Shown: piece after piece, positions 1 through 10,311 of the stretch | Position numbering within the stretch: the first letter of the stretch is position 1 | How the letters are laid out: each line of letters begins with the position of its first letter | Source: Planctomycetota bacterium | Lineage (GTDB): Bacteria > Planctomycetota > UBA8108 > UBA1146 | Assembly (NCBI GenBank): GCA_036338595.1 | Contig: JAYZBV010000095.1 | Coordinates: 1 to 58,756 of the forward strand | Direction of reading: 5' to 3' | DNA length: 58,756 bases | Notes under the pieces: model-generated | Seen by the model: only the letters and a program-made list of their open reading frames with translations | What the model was told of the DNA's origin: nothing | Databases searched by the model: none | Made by a program: the position numbers and the translations under genes

Positions 1-18
1 GGAGTGGGGCAGTAAGTA

Positions 19-143
19 GAGGGGGCCGGCCTGGCCTTTCCCCTGGGATCGGAACGTCGAGCGATTTTCGCTCACGTTCTTGCCTTCCCCGGCCAGGTGA
101 ACCTCCGAAGCGCCTTGGCTTCCTCGGACCACCCGGCCCCCTC
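19..143. other. GC-rich multi-branched RNA-like secondary structure (possible 5' leader of a gene left of the window, or small ncRNA)
   Basis: GAGGGGGCCGG (19-29) pairs perfectly with CCGGCCCCCTC (133-143); nested CCTGGCC/GGCCAGG, GAACGT/ACGTTC, GAGCGA/TCGCTC, plus side stem TCCGA/TCGGA. Confidence 0.4.
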
Positions 144-622
144 GATCCTGATGCACGTTCATGTTGAAGGTTTTGAAAACAGACTGCAAGCATCACATCG
201 TTGCAACACGCAGCATCCAAACTCAACAACACTGCCAAAATGCTGGATGCGTTGTGCCCACTTCATCATTTTCTCGATGCTCGTCATGCATCTCTGTCAA
301 AAACTGTGCACTGCAATTCGTCGATATTCTGCTTCTACTCTCTATTTCGGGTACATCCGCAATAAAACCAGAATGCATCGTAATCGCCATGATTGCAGAC
401 CTGAGTGTCACACGCTTCGCACAAAAGTCGGTGTAGAAGTGCATCTCGATGATTGAAATAATTTTTTATTAATTATGAACCAAATCTTCATCTGAGAGGA
501 AATTGTTGCTTTGCAGGTATCCCATCCGTGCATCGCAAACAAGCGATGCTATCGTGAACCATCCGCAGACGGTTACCTGTTGTCTGTATCGTGGGCTGAA
601 ATAATTGTAGAGGAGAGCTCTG

Positions 623-1804
623 ATGATTCGTGTGTCCTTCCATGTTGTATTCCTGTTGCTGCTATTCACGATCTGTTTCTCGAGCCCTTCCTCATCCCTG
701 TCGGCTGCGGATGACCTGAAGGTACCTGCAAGCCCGGTGAAGGTTTTCATCCTTGCGGGGCAGTCGAACATGGAGGGGCACGGACAGATTCGTAGCCTCG
801 AGATGCTTGGCGAGGATCCGGTACACGGCAAGTTGCTGGCATTGCTCAAGGCCAAGGACGGTTCCTGGGCAACCAGGGACGACGTGACCATTTCATGGCA
901 AGCGAAGAACAAGAAGAGCGGGCCGCTGACTGTTGGCTGGGGCTATGGCGATCAGGAGATCGGTCCCGAGTTGTTGTTCGGCGCCATCGTCGGGGAACAC
1001 TTCGACGAACCCGTGTTGCTGATCAAGACCGCATGGGGCGGCAAGGATGTGTACTGTGATTTCCGATCCCCCGCTGCGGGCAAACCCACCGGCGCCGATG
1101 CTGCGATGCTGAAGCGCCAGTCTGCAGACGGTCAGGAGCGCGAGGTGGGTCACTTCTATCGACAGATGATCTCGGAGATCGAGCAGTGCCTCGCCCACAT
1201 CGACGATGTGGTTCCTGGTTATCAGGGTCAGGGCTACGAGCTGGCGGGGATGGCCTGGTTCCAGGGCTGGAACGACTTCTGCCAGTGGCATGTTCAGATC
1301 GATGGTGAAAAGATCGGCGATCAGTTGATCGAGAATTATTCAAAGAACCTGGCCGCGATGTTTCGGGATGTGCGCAAGGATCTGAAGGCCCCGGATCTGC
1401 CCATCGCCATCGGCGAGATGGGAGTCGGAGGCCACGAGATGGCCGCCAGAGCAAAAAAGAACCCCGATGACCGGGAAGCTGTCGCGATGATGAACTTCCG
1501 CGCAGCGCAGCTGGCCGTTGCTCAGGATCCATCTCTCGAGCGGGTCTATTTCGTCCCCACCAGCGATTACTGGGATGTTCGTCTGCAGGAACTCAGGCGG
1601 ATCAGCGATGACTGGTGGAATGAAAAGCGCAAGAAGGGCATCGCCGACACCGAGGACAATCAACTGCCCACTCCAGAGCTCAACAAGGAGTTTCAGAGCC
1701 GAGGTGGACACTGGTACTGCCACTACAACGGATCCGCATCCAACTACTCACTGGTCGGCTATGCCCTGGCAGAGATGTTGCTGAAAGAAAAGCCGCAGCA
1801 ATAA
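623..1804 (+). CDS. Secreted sialate O-acetylesterase / SASA (DUF303)-type SGNH esterase
   Basis: Signal peptide; VFILAGQSNM, GPELLFG, IKTAWGG, WFQGWND and C-terminal HY motifs; GAGGAG RBS. Confidence 0.85.
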   Translation: MIRVSFHVVFLLLLFTICFSSPSSSLSAADDLKVPASPVKVFILAGQSNMEGHGQIRSLEMLGEDPVHGKLLALLKAKDGSWATRDDVTISWQAKNKKSGPLTVGWGYGDQEIGPELLFGAIVGEHFDEPVLLIKTAWGGKDVYCDFRSPAAGKPTGADAAMLKRQSADGQEREVGHFYRQMISEIEQCLAHIDDVVPGYQGQGYELAGMAWFQGWNDFCQWHVQIDGEKIGDQLIENYSKNLAAMFRDVRKDLKAPDLPIAIGEMGVGGHEMAARAKKNPDDREAVAMMNFRAAQLAVAQDPSLERVYFVPTSDYWDVRLQELRRISDDWWNEKRKKGIADTEDNQLPTPELNKEFQSRGGHWYCHYNGSASNYSLVGYALAEMLLKEKPQQ

Positions 1805-1844
1805 TCGCCGTGCAGGATGAGGCAGTTGAATGGAATTGAACCAC

Positions 1845-2648
1845 TCACTTCTGCTGGTTGGCTTCCATTCTCTTTTTTAGCGAGGGGATCTGTTGCGCTG
1901 CCCAGGCGAAGTCGATCTTTCCGGTGATCTTCAGTTTCGGGACGATGCCGTTGATGGTGCCTCTCCAGATGAAGCCGACCTGACCAGCCTCTAGATTCTT
2001 GAGCAACTTCTTGCTGTCACTTTGATGCTTGGCATAGCCGTTGAGCATCGAGCTGAAGCGACCATCTTTCAGTTCAAAACCGAACTTCGTGTGCTCGTCG
2101 TAGCAGATCACGGGCGCCTTCCCCATGCCGCCGACCGCCTTGGTCCCGGAGATGCGTACCAGCTGGGTGCCCAGGTTACTGCCCACTCGCTGACGTAACT
2201 TTTTCCCCCAGGCAAACACAGCGGACACCATATCTCCACGGCTTCCACCGAGGAACGAGACATAGGTGGCGTCGACCCTTACATCCGGTTGCCACACCGC
2301 ATCATGGAACCACTGGCCGCTATCAGAGATGATGATGCCCCCGGAAACTCCCTCGCTGATTCCTTCATGGTAGCGACTCCATCGTACTGTCGCGCTTCTC
2401 ACCGCCGGAGAGGGAAACCAGTCATCGCCGAGGCTCCGATCTTCTTCCTCGAAGTCATAGGTCAATTCCAGGGTTCCATCGGGTGATATCTTCTCCGTGG
2501 TCGCCTGAAACAGATCGAGGACTCGCTCCTGTTCCGCCTCTGTGAGAGTGAAATCAGATAGGTTTGTGATCTCGGGTGTCGCTGTGACGACATCCGCTGA
2601 AAGTACGCACAACAGCACCATCATTGCCATCGACTGGACTCTTGTCAT
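1845..2648 (-). CDS. Secreted hypothetical protein, paralog of 6635-7483
   Basis: Signal peptide; GAGGAGG RBS; clear end-to-end similarity to 6635-7483. Confidence 0.8.
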   Translation of the reverse strand: MTRVQSMAMMVLLCVLSADVVTATPEITNLSDFTLTEAEQERVLDLFQATTEKISPDGTLELTYDFEEEDRSLGDDWFPSPAVRSATVRWSRYHEGISEGVSGGIIISDSGQWFHDAVWQPDVRVDATYVSFLGGSRGDMVSAVFAWGKKLRQRVGSNLGTQLVRISGTKAVGGMGKAPVICYDEHTKFGFELKDGRFSSMLNGYAKHQSDSKKLLKNLEAGQVGFIWRGTINGIVPKLKITGKIDFAWAAQQIPSLKKRMEANQQK

Positions 2649-2902
2649 GGATCTTCCTCCTCTTCAATTCACGGTCCCAACCTGTGAATCCGGAGAAGAG
2701 CGGATGTCGGACAGGTGAATTTCAAAATGGGTGCGGATAGAGGCGATGATGGACCCACTTCATCCCGAACTGATGGTCGCAGGACCATTGCTGGGCCTGA
2801 ATTGCCGTGTGGATGCATCTGCACAGAAAAACGGAGAGGTTGGTGGGCGCCGCGACTGTCTTCTTGTGCTTCCTTCTGGTGCAGGTCAGCGGAGTCTGAT
2901 GT

Positions 2903-4474
2903 TCATGGGCAGTTGGAGTAGATCAAGCACTCCAGCGCCTCTGCTGTCGTCGGATCCGGTCCGCAGTTCGAGGGTGCGGGCAGAGGAACCGCCGGGAATC
3001 CAAACATCCAGGAGAGCATCCCGATGACATCTGCGATATCGATCGCCCCATCGTCATTCCCATCGCAGGCGTCCTCGCATCCCATCGTCGGTGGTACTGG
3101 AGCAGGGAACAGTACGGCCAACACTGTAACGGCATCGGAGAGATCAAGAACTCCGTCCGTGTTGCAGTCGCCTCGTTTGAATTGAACCGGGGCGGGCAAC
3201 TCGCTCTGCAGCGTCGGCCGATCAAAGGGGAAGGTCTCGTTTGCCACCCGTGGGTCGGTCAGCCCATTGGTGAGGAACTCGATCACCGCCGGTTGGAACT
3301 GTGGGGGCATGAAGATGTCGTTGTAGATGGGGGCGGCTCCCGGCGGAGCTCCAGGAATGGGGATTGGATTCTGCTCGGCGGTGAACTGGGTATGACCTGT
3401 CACCAGGTCGACACTGGGCCAGGCCGGCGCGTTGTAGTAATCGATCGCGTCCTGCACATCCATCACCCAACCGACATGCATCTGGGCGGGTCGCAGACCC
3501 ACATTCCTGAGAGTCGGCGTCTTGAAGCGTCCCCGATGGTCGATATCACCGGTGACATTGAATCTTCCGAGGTCGTCAGCAGCTGGTCGAAGGCCGATGT
3601 TGTAGAACTGGTTGTCGGTGAAGAGCGGCGGAACATGGCAATTGAGGCAAACCGTATTGTTGGTGAGAATATTGAATCCCGCTTGCTGCTGCGGCGTCAA
3701 CGTACCGAGGTCGAAGGGCGTCTGGTTGGGGACCAGGGTCCGTTCGTAGGTGGCGATGGCAAAAGCGATCCGTTCGGCGGTGATACCGGAAGAACCGAAG
3801 GCAGCGTCGAAGAGATCGGGATAGTCGGTCCCCCCGACGAGGATCGCCGCAACATCGGTAGGCAAGTCGGTGCCGAGCGCAAGCGGCGCCACCGTCTCCA
3901 TCTTTGTCACCAGATCATCCCAGGTGCGGCCTTCGAAGGCCATCTCCACATCACTGAGGAGCGGGCCGACCGCCTGGCTCTCCAGAGCCCCTCCGCTGGC
4001 AATGCTCACCAGTCCCGTCTGTGGATCGAAGAATGTACTGGTGGCGCGTCCGTCCCAGAACATATCCGGAGCCCATTGCGATCCGATGACAGCCTGAGCG
4101 GAACGGCCCGTCACCTGAACATCGAAGCCGAACAGAGGGTCCATGAGCGGAATACCAGCGAGATCGGCACGTGCGACCCCCGGTGAACCAATGATGTCGT
4201 CACTGGTCCCGAACAGTCCGTCCGGACCGGGGTGTGCGCCGAGCCTGGGATCCGCACCACCGGCGCTAGCCCGGTGACAGGTACCACAGGCGACGGTGTC
4301 GTCGCTCGAGAGTTGTTCATCCCAGAACAGGATCTTGCCGAGGATACGCTTCTCCTCCGTGGGTGGGTTCTCGGCCGGGAATGGAACCGGAGGGAGTTGC
4401 CCAACTACCGCTGTCGAGCAAATCAGACAATGGAGAAGAACCAAGATCGCTGTGCAACTCGTGCTCAATTGCAT
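2903..4474 (-). CDS. Di-heme cytochrome c peroxidase/MauG-superfamily protein with C-terminal dockerin-like domain
   Basis: LGKILFWD..LS, CGTCH, FWDGRA, CLNCH, FKTPTLRNV; C-terminal FKRGDCNTDG..DLSD and DGNDDG.IDIAD repeats; start moved to the ATG of the signal peptide (MQLSTSC). Confidence 0.88.
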   Translation of the reverse strand: MQLSTSCTAILVLLHCLICSTAVVGQLPPVPFPAENPPTEEKRILGKILFWDEQLSSDDTVACGTCHRASAGGADPRLGAHPGPDGLFGTSDDIIGSPGVARADLAGIPLMDPLFGFDVQVTGRSAQAVIGSQWAPDMFWDGRATSTFFDPQTGLVSIASGGALESQAVGPLLSDVEMAFEGRTWDDLVTKMETVAPLALGTDLPTDVAAILVGGTDYPDLFDAAFGSSGITAERIAFAIATYERTLVPNQTPFDLGTLTPQQQAGFNILTNNTVCLNCHVPPLFTDNQFYNIGLRPAADDLGRFNVTGDIDHRGRFKTPTLRNVGLRPAQMHVGWVMDVQDAIDYYNAPAWPSVDLVTGHTQFTAEQNPIPIPGAPPGAAPIYNDIFMPPQFQPAVIEFLTNGLTDPRVANETFPFDRPTLQSELPAPVQFKRGDCNTDGVLDLSDAVTVLAVLFPAPVPPTMGCEDACDGNDDGAIDIADVIGMLSWMFGFPAVPLPAPSNCGPDPTTAEALECLIYSNCP

Positions 4475-4700
4475 CGATACTCTCCCTCGAGAAACACCTG
4501 GTTGAATCGGTCGTTTGTGGAACACCGGAGTGTAGTCCGAAGCGCACAATCGGTGCAGGAAAAACAGCAGTAGTTTCTGTAAAGTACTTGTTCAATACGA
4601 GTGGATACTCGGTAACCCTGTATAGTCTCGGGGCACCGTCACGGGGATTTGGAGTTATTTTCGGACGATTAACTCGGTTACAGATCGGAGTGAGGTAGCG

Positions 4701-6284
4701 ATGCACAAGCAACTTCGGCTGGTTCTCGGTCTGACCCTTGCAGTTGTACTCTTCATCGCATTTTCATCTCCCGACAAAAATCGAGATGCCCCCCTGCCCA
4801 ACATCCTCTTCATCCTCGCCGACGATCTCGGCTACGGAGATGTCGGTGGCTACAACTCCGAATCGAAGGTGCCCACTCCGCACCTTGATCAGTTCGCCAG
4901 CGAGGGGATGCGATTCACCGATGCTCACAGCCCGGCAACGGTCTGTACCCCGACACGCTATAGCGTGATGACGGGCAGGATGGCGTTTCGCACCGGCTAT
5001 CGCGGTGTCTTCACCGGGGTCGGTGGCCCGTGTCTCATCGAGAAGGAACGGCTGACGCTTCCGCAGATGTTGCGAAACCAGGGCTACACCACCGCCTGCT
5101 TCGGCAAGTGGCACATCGGAATGACTTTTCTGGACAAGGATGGAAATCGCATCCAGGTCGGAGGGGTCAAGGGGGTCGAGCAGATCGATTACTCGCGAGC
5201 GATTCCCGACGCACCGATCCATCGCGGTTTCGATCACTTCTACGGCACCGCCTGTTGCCCCACCACCGACTGGCTCTACGCCTACATCGATGGCGACCGC
5301 ATCCCGGTGCCCCCGACAAAACTGCTCGACAAGAGTCAACTGCCGAAGCATCCCTACGGCAACGACTGTCGAGGGGGATGGGTCGCAGACAACTTCGACC
5401 ATGAAGAGGTCGACCTGGTCTTCCTCGAGAAGAGCCAGCAGTTTCTCGAAGAGCACGTCCAGTCCAGCCCCGACACGCCTTTCTTTCTGTTTCACTCGAT
5501 GCAGGCGGTGCATCTGCCTTCCTTTGCCGCCGACCGGTTCCAGGGCAAGAGCGGTGCGGGGCCACACGGCGATTTCATCTTCGAGATGGACACCATCGTC
5601 GGCGAACTGCTGAAGACCCTCGATGATCTCGGTGTCGCCGACAACACGCTGGTGATCTTCGCCAGCGACAACGGCCCGGAAGTACCCACCGTGATCGACA
5701 TGCGCAAAACCCACCAGCATGACGGCGCCCGGCCGTGGCGCGGCGTCAAGCGCGACCAGTGGGAGGGGGGCCACCGCACGCCGTTCATCGTCCGTTGGCC
5801 CGGCAAGGTCAAGGCCGGCACCACCAGCGATCAGTTGCTGAGTCTCACCGATGTGATGGCGACCTGCGCCGAGATCTCCGGTGCCAAGTTGCCCGACGAT
5901 GCAGCAGAGGACAGCTACAACATGCTGCCGGTGCTGCTCGGAACCCAGGGCGATGGACCGATTCGGCGCTACTTGTTGCAGCAGACGATGTCGCTGGCGA
6001 TGTCGATTCGCGATGGACAGTGGAAGTACCTCGACCACAAGGGATCGGGCGGCAACAACTACCAGCGAGACGGGGCCTGGGGAATGAAGCCCTACGCCCT
6101 GAAGAACAACGATCCCGATGCCCCCGGACAGCTCTATGATCTCGCGATCGATCCCGGCGAGACCAAAAACCTGTACAGCCAACATCCCGAGATCGTCGAG
6201 TCGATGAAGGCGCAACTGGAAGCCTTCAAGAAGAGCGGACGAAGCGTTCCGTCTTCAAGAGTCTTCGACCCCATTAAGTGGTGA
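4701..6284 (+). CDS. Arylsulfatase (formylglycine-dependent, Cys-type)
   Basis: PNILFILADDLGYGD, CTPTR, GKWH, SDNG, LYDL..DPGE; N-terminal signal/anchor. Confidence 0.93.
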   Translation: MHKQLRLVLGLTLAVVLFIAFSSPDKNRDAPLPNILFILADDLGYGDVGGYNSESKVPTPHLDQFASEGMRFTDAHSPATVCTPTRYSVMTGRMAFRTGYRGVFTGVGGPCLIEKERLTLPQMLRNQGYTTACFGKWHIGMTFLDKDGNRIQVGGVKGVEQIDYSRAIPDAPIHRGFDHFYGTACCPTTDWLYAYIDGDRIPVPPTKLLDKSQLPKHPYGNDCRGGWVADNFDHEEVDLVFLEKSQQFLEEHVQSSPDTPFFLFHSMQAVHLPSFAADRFQGKSGAGPHGDFIFEMDTIVGELLKTLDDLGVADNTLVIFASDNGPEVPTVIDMRKTHQHDGARPWRGVKRDQWEGGHRTPFIVRWPGKVKAGTTSDQLLSLTDVMATCAEISGAKLPDDAAEDSYNMLPVLLGTQGDGPIRRYLLQQTMSLAMSIRDGQWKYLDHKGSGGNNYQRDGAWGMKPYALKNNDPDAPGQLYDLAIDPGETKNLYSQHPEIVESMKAQLEAFKKSGRSVPSSRVFDPIKW

Positions 6285-6296
6285 TAAAATCGTCCC

Positions 6297-6605
6297 ATGG
6301 CAACAATAGATCAGACTTCATCCGGGGGGCGCATCTTTGCCGGGACCGTGGCGATGGCCGTGGTCGGGGGTGCGGCGTTGTATGGCGGGATCTCGCTGAT
6401 CCTCGGCCGCACCGGTAATGCCTCTACCTACCTGGCCGATCTCGGCATGGTGCTGCTGATCGGCGCAGGCATCGCCAACCTGATCGCCATCGCCATCGGC
6501 CTGCGCTTCATGCTGCTTCAGAGGGTGTTCCTGTGGTGGTGGCCCATCAGCGTGCTGCTGGCGGTGGCAGCGGTCGCCGGCACCGTCGTCGCCCTCAACC
6601 TGTGA
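6297..6605 (+). CDS. Small membrane protein (3 TM), unknown function
   Basis: Three hydrophobic segments; starts 12 bp after sulfatase stop; host-like codon usage. Confidence 0.7.
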   Translation: MATIDQTSSGGRIFAGTVAMAVVGGAALYGGISLILGRTGNASTYLADLGMVLLIGAGIANLIAIAIGLRFMLLQRVFLWWWPISVLLAVAAVAGTVVALNL

Positions 6606-6634
6606 AGAACCTCAACCCCTGCAACGCTGCACGA

Positions 6635-7483
6635 TCAACTCGATGGCTTCTTCTTGCGGTAATCGGCGAGGCGTTTCTTGAGTGCGGGGATCGACTTTGC
6701 GGCCCAGTCCATGTCGATCTTGCCATGTAACTTCACCTTGGTGATGCAGCAGCGGATATTGCCGTTCCAGACAAATCCGACCTGGCCACTGTCCAGTTTC
6801 TTGAGGAACTTGTTGCTGCCGGTTTGCTCGACGGTGCGACCACCTCGATGGGCATTGAAGGTGCCGCCCTTGAGTTCAAAACCGAAATGAACCGGTTCAC
6901 GGAAGATGATCTCCGGAGGTTTCCCGATGCCACCGGCCGGTTTGATGCCTGCGATTCTCATCACCTGGCTGCCAAGGTTGCTCCCGACTCGACGACGCAA
7001 ACCCTTGGTCCAGCCGTAAACCGCCGCAAACATGTCACCGACACTACCGCCGCAAAAGGAATAGTAAGTGGCGTCCATCTTGACCTCTTGTTGCCACACT
7101 GCACTGTGAATCCACTGTCCCTTGTCAGCGAAGTAGATACCGCCTGAAACGCCCACGACGCCGCCCTCGGCACCGCGGATCCATCGAACTGGCTGACCGA
7201 TGCGACCGTATTGCCCCGTCGGGATCGGCGACCAATCCTCGCCAAGTCCCTCGTTCTTCGATGCAAAGTTATAGATCAGCTCGAGCGTTCCCTGTGGCGA
7301 GATCGATTTTGAAGTGGCCTGGAACAACTCGAGAATACGAGAGCGCTCTTCAGCGAGCAGCACGAAGGGCCCCTTGGGAGCGGGAAGATCGAGCGGGTCA
7401 TCCGCAGACAATGGCACCCGCGGCATCAGCAGCAGCACCAGTATCAATATGCCGCAGAAGTAGCCATGACGATGAAGAGCCAT
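6635..7483 (-). CDS. Secreted hypothetical protein, paralog of 1845-2648
   Basis: Signal peptide; shared motifs LFQAT..ISP.GTLEL.Y.F, GQW.H.AVWQ, RVGSNLG.Q, GQVGF.W.G. Confidence 0.8.
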   Translation of the reverse strand: MALHRHGYFCGILILVLLLMPRVPLSADDPLDLPAPKGPFVLLAEERSRILELFQATSKSISPQGTLELIYNFASKNEGLGEDWSPIPTGQYGRIGQPVRWIRGAEGGVVGVSGGIYFADKGQWIHSAVWQQEVKMDATYYSFCGGSVGDMFAAVYGWTKGLRRRVGSNLGSQVMRIAGIKPAGGIGKPPEIIFREPVHFGFELKGGTFNAHRGGRTVEQTGSNKFLKKLDSGQVGFVWNGNIRCCITKVKLHGKIDMDWAAKSIPALKKRLADYRKKKPSS

Positions 7484-7817
7484 CGAACTCCACCTTCCAC
7501 TTGTGGCCCGGATGACAGATCACGCCCGGGCCCAGGCCAATGTGTCCGGTCAGTGTATCCCCTGCCCTCCAGCGCATCGATGATCTCGACGTTGAATCCG
7601 TAGATGGCTCAGATGTGGCCCGCTACCGCTCAAACAGCGCGATCGAATCCAGCAGCGATACCCCATCGAGTTGCTGGTCGGACCACGCTCGGCAGTTGGC
7701 GACCCACGGTGAGAGGTCTATCCTGCACGATGGTATTACCGAACTCCTGACGCACCCCTGCCGCTATCGGCTTGACCCGTGCGACTGCGATGAGTTCCTG
7801 CCCGAAAGGTAGAGTGA

Positions 7818-10247
7818 ATGAGAAGTTTTCTACTTCCGATGGCGTTGTTCTCGATGATGTTTCTGGGGTGCTTCTCTTCCGAGCTGGCCTTCGCCGCCGA
7901 TGGCTATCGCTTGCCTCCGGCAGAAGTGGTCGAGGTGGTCGATGCTCCAAGATCACCATCGCTGACACTCAGTCCCGATGGCCGTTGGTTCATCGGTATT
8001 GAACCCGATCCTATGCCTTCGATTGCCGATGTGTCGCGGCCGATGTTGCGACTTGCTGGAATGCGTATCGACCCGGCGGCGAATGGCCGCCACCGAACTT
8101 CTTTCAGCCGTTCACTGTTTCTGCGTGACCTGTCTGGAAAGACGGTGACACAGGTCGCCATCCCAGATGGTGCTCGGCTGGTGGGTGCGCGCTGGTCACA
8201 CACATCTCGCCACTTTGCCTACACCCTGCTCACCGATCGCGGCACTTCGCTGTGGGTGGCCCCCGTTTCCGACCCGACACTGGCGCTGAAGATCAGTGAC
8301 CGCATCTCGTCGGTGCTGACCTCCGGTTACTACTTCAGCCCCGACGGTGCCAGCGTCATCATCACCGAGGTACCCGCCGACCGCGGGGCGCCGCCGAAGA
8401 AGCCGGATGTGCCCACCGGCCCCAGCATCCGCGAAACGAGCGGTTCTGCGACACCTCTCAGGACCTATCAGGACCTTCTCGGCAATCCACATGACGAGGC
8501 GCTCTTTGGCTACTACGCCACCAGTGAGATCCATCGTATCGATCTCGCCAGCGGTGAGAGGATGAGAATTGGCAAGCCGGACCTGTACCGGTCCATCTCC
8601 GCTTCGCCGGATGACCACCACCTGCTGGTGACCATCATCCAGCGTCCCTTCTCCTATCTGATGCCCGCCTATCTGTTCGGAAACAGCATCGAGGTGTGGA
8701 GTCGAGATGGGGACAGGGAGATGGTCGTGGCGACGGTGCCGATCGGAGAGGGAATTCCTCTGCATGGTGTGCGTACCGGAGCGCGCAACATCCGCTGGCG
8801 GCCCGGAAGCGATGCTTCACTGGTGTGGACCGAGGCACTCGACGGTGGCGATCCCAAGAACGATGTCCCCCACCGCGACCGCTTCATCGTCGCTGAGCCC
8901 TTCGACGGCGAGCAGCGCGAGGCCTTTCGTAGCCAGTACAGGCTGGTCGCCGTCAGCTGGCTAGAGGATGGGCATCGTGCCCTGGCCCAGGAACGCGACC
9001 GCGATCGACGCTGGATGCAGATGTGGCTGCGTGACATCGACAACCCGGATGGCAAGGCAAGATTGATCGAGGACCGCAGCAGCAACGATCGGTATGCGGA
9101 TCCAGGGTCGCCGGTGACCAGGGTCAACTCGCGCGGCGACCGGATGGTGCGCCTCGAGGGATCCTGGATGTATCGCACCGGTCGCGGTTCCGGGCCCGGC
9201 GGTGCGCGTCCCTTCCTCGACCGTCAAAATCTCGATACCTTCGAAAGTGAGCGTATCTGGCGCTGCGAGTCAGGATGTTACGAATCGGTGAGCGCGATGG
9301 TCGAAGGCACGACCTTCATCACCCGATACGAGAGCCCGACAGAGCCTCCAAACTACCGCCTTCGCACCTCCGGGGGCATCCAGACGCTGACCGATTTCCC
9401 CGATCCGACGCCACAGCTGCGTGGCATCCGCAAGCAACTGGTCACCTACCAGCGCGCCGACGGTGTCGATCTATCGGCGACCCTCTACCTGCCTGCCAGC
9501 TACAAGAAGGGAACCCGCTTGCCTCTTGTGGTGTGGGCCTACCCGCGCGAATTCAGCGATCCGAAGACCGCCGGCCAGGTCGGTGGCAGCCCCTACCGCT
9601 TCACCCGCATCGGGGGTTCATCGCATCTGTTCTTCCTGACCCAGGGCTACGCCGTCATGGATGCGGCGACGATGCCGGTGATCGGGGATGCCGAGACGAT
9701 GAACAACACCTTCATCGACCAGATCGTCGCTTCCGCTGCCGCCGCCATCGATAAGGCTGTCGAGATGGGTGTCGCCGATGGGAAACGGGTAGGAGTCGGT
9801 GGCCACAGCTATGGCGCCTTCATGACCGCCAATCTGCTCGCCCACTGCGATCTGTTCAGTGCGGGGGTCGCCAGAAGTGGCGCCTACAATCGCACTCTCA
9901 CTCCCTTCGGCTTCCAGTCGGAGCGTCGCACCCTGTGGCAGGCACCGGAGATCTACTTCGCCATCTCCCCCTTCATGCACGCCGACAAGATCGATGAACC
10001 GATCCTGCTGATCCACGGCGAGATCGACAACAACTCGGGCACCTTTCCGGTGCAATCGTCGCGTCTCTACCAGGGAATCAAGGGCAATGGCGGCACGGCC
10101 AGGCTGGTCTACCTGCCCAATGAAAGCCACGGTTACCGCGCCCGCGAATCGGTGATGCACACCCTTGCCGAGATGATCGACTGGTTCGACGAGCATGTGA
10201 AGAATGCCAAACCCAGAGCCCATCCCGGAGGGGCCGCTGGTCAGTAG
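7818..10247 (+). CDS. S9 family serine peptidase (prolyl oligopeptidase / glutamyl endopeptidase-like)
   Basis: Signal peptide, beta-propeller-like region, GHSYG nucleophile, IHGEIDNN (Asp), ESHGY (His). Confidence 0.92.
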   Translation: MRSFLLPMALFSMMFLGCFSSELAFAADGYRLPPAEVVEVVDAPRSPSLTLSPDGRWFIGIEPDPMPSIADVSRPMLRLAGMRIDPAANGRHRTSFSRSLFLRDLSGKTVTQVAIPDGARLVGARWSHTSRHFAYTLLTDRGTSLWVAPVSDPTLALKISDRISSVLTSGYYFSPDGASVIITEVPADRGAPPKKPDVPTGPSIRETSGSATPLRTYQDLLGNPHDEALFGYYATSEIHRIDLASGERMRIGKPDLYRSISASPDDHHLLVTIIQRPFSYLMPAYLFGNSIEVWSRDGDREMVVATVPIGEGIPLHGVRTGARNIRWRPGSDASLVWTEALDGGDPKNDVPHRDRFIVAEPFDGEQREAFRSQYRLVAVSWLEDGHRALAQERDRDRRWMQMWLRDIDNPDGKARLIEDRSSNDRYADPGSPVTRVNSRGDRMVRLEGSWMYRTGRGSGPGGARPFLDRQNLDTFESERIWRCESGCYESVSAMVEGTTFITRYESPTEPPNYRLRTSGGIQTLTDFPDPTPQLRGIRKQLVTYQRADGVDLSATLYLPASYKKGTRLPLVVWAYPREFSDPKTAGQVGGSPYRFTRIGGSSHLFFLTQGYAVMDAATMPVIGDAETMNNTFIDQIVASAAAAIDKAVEMGVADGKRVGVGGHSYGAFMTANLLAHCDLFSAGVARSGAYNRTLTPFGFQSERRTLWQAPEIYFAISPFMHADKIDEPILLIHGEIDNNSGTFPVQSSRLYQGIKGNGGTARLVYLPNESHGYRARESVMHTLAEMIDWFDEHVKNAKPRAHPGGAAGQ

Positions 10248-10311
10248 CGCCAAGGGGTGCGACCGTGTCCAATCATCGGTCTGGTCATCATCCGGCTCGA
10301 AAGGACTCGCC

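Noticed and set aside
100..135. Minus-strand GGTCCGAGGAAGCCAAGGC resembling the SRP RNA domain IV
   Set aside because: Lacks the CAGG...GGAA...AGCAG symmetric loop required for Ffh binding
440..500. AT-rich tract as possible oriC unwinding element
   Set aside because: No DnaA boxes (TTATCCACA) seen and no dnaA/dnaN in the window
4764..6215. Long antisense ORFs (also 3182-4186, 34536-35477, 42081-43049, 51088-51855)
   Set aside because: Shadow frames of well-supported genes caused by high GC3
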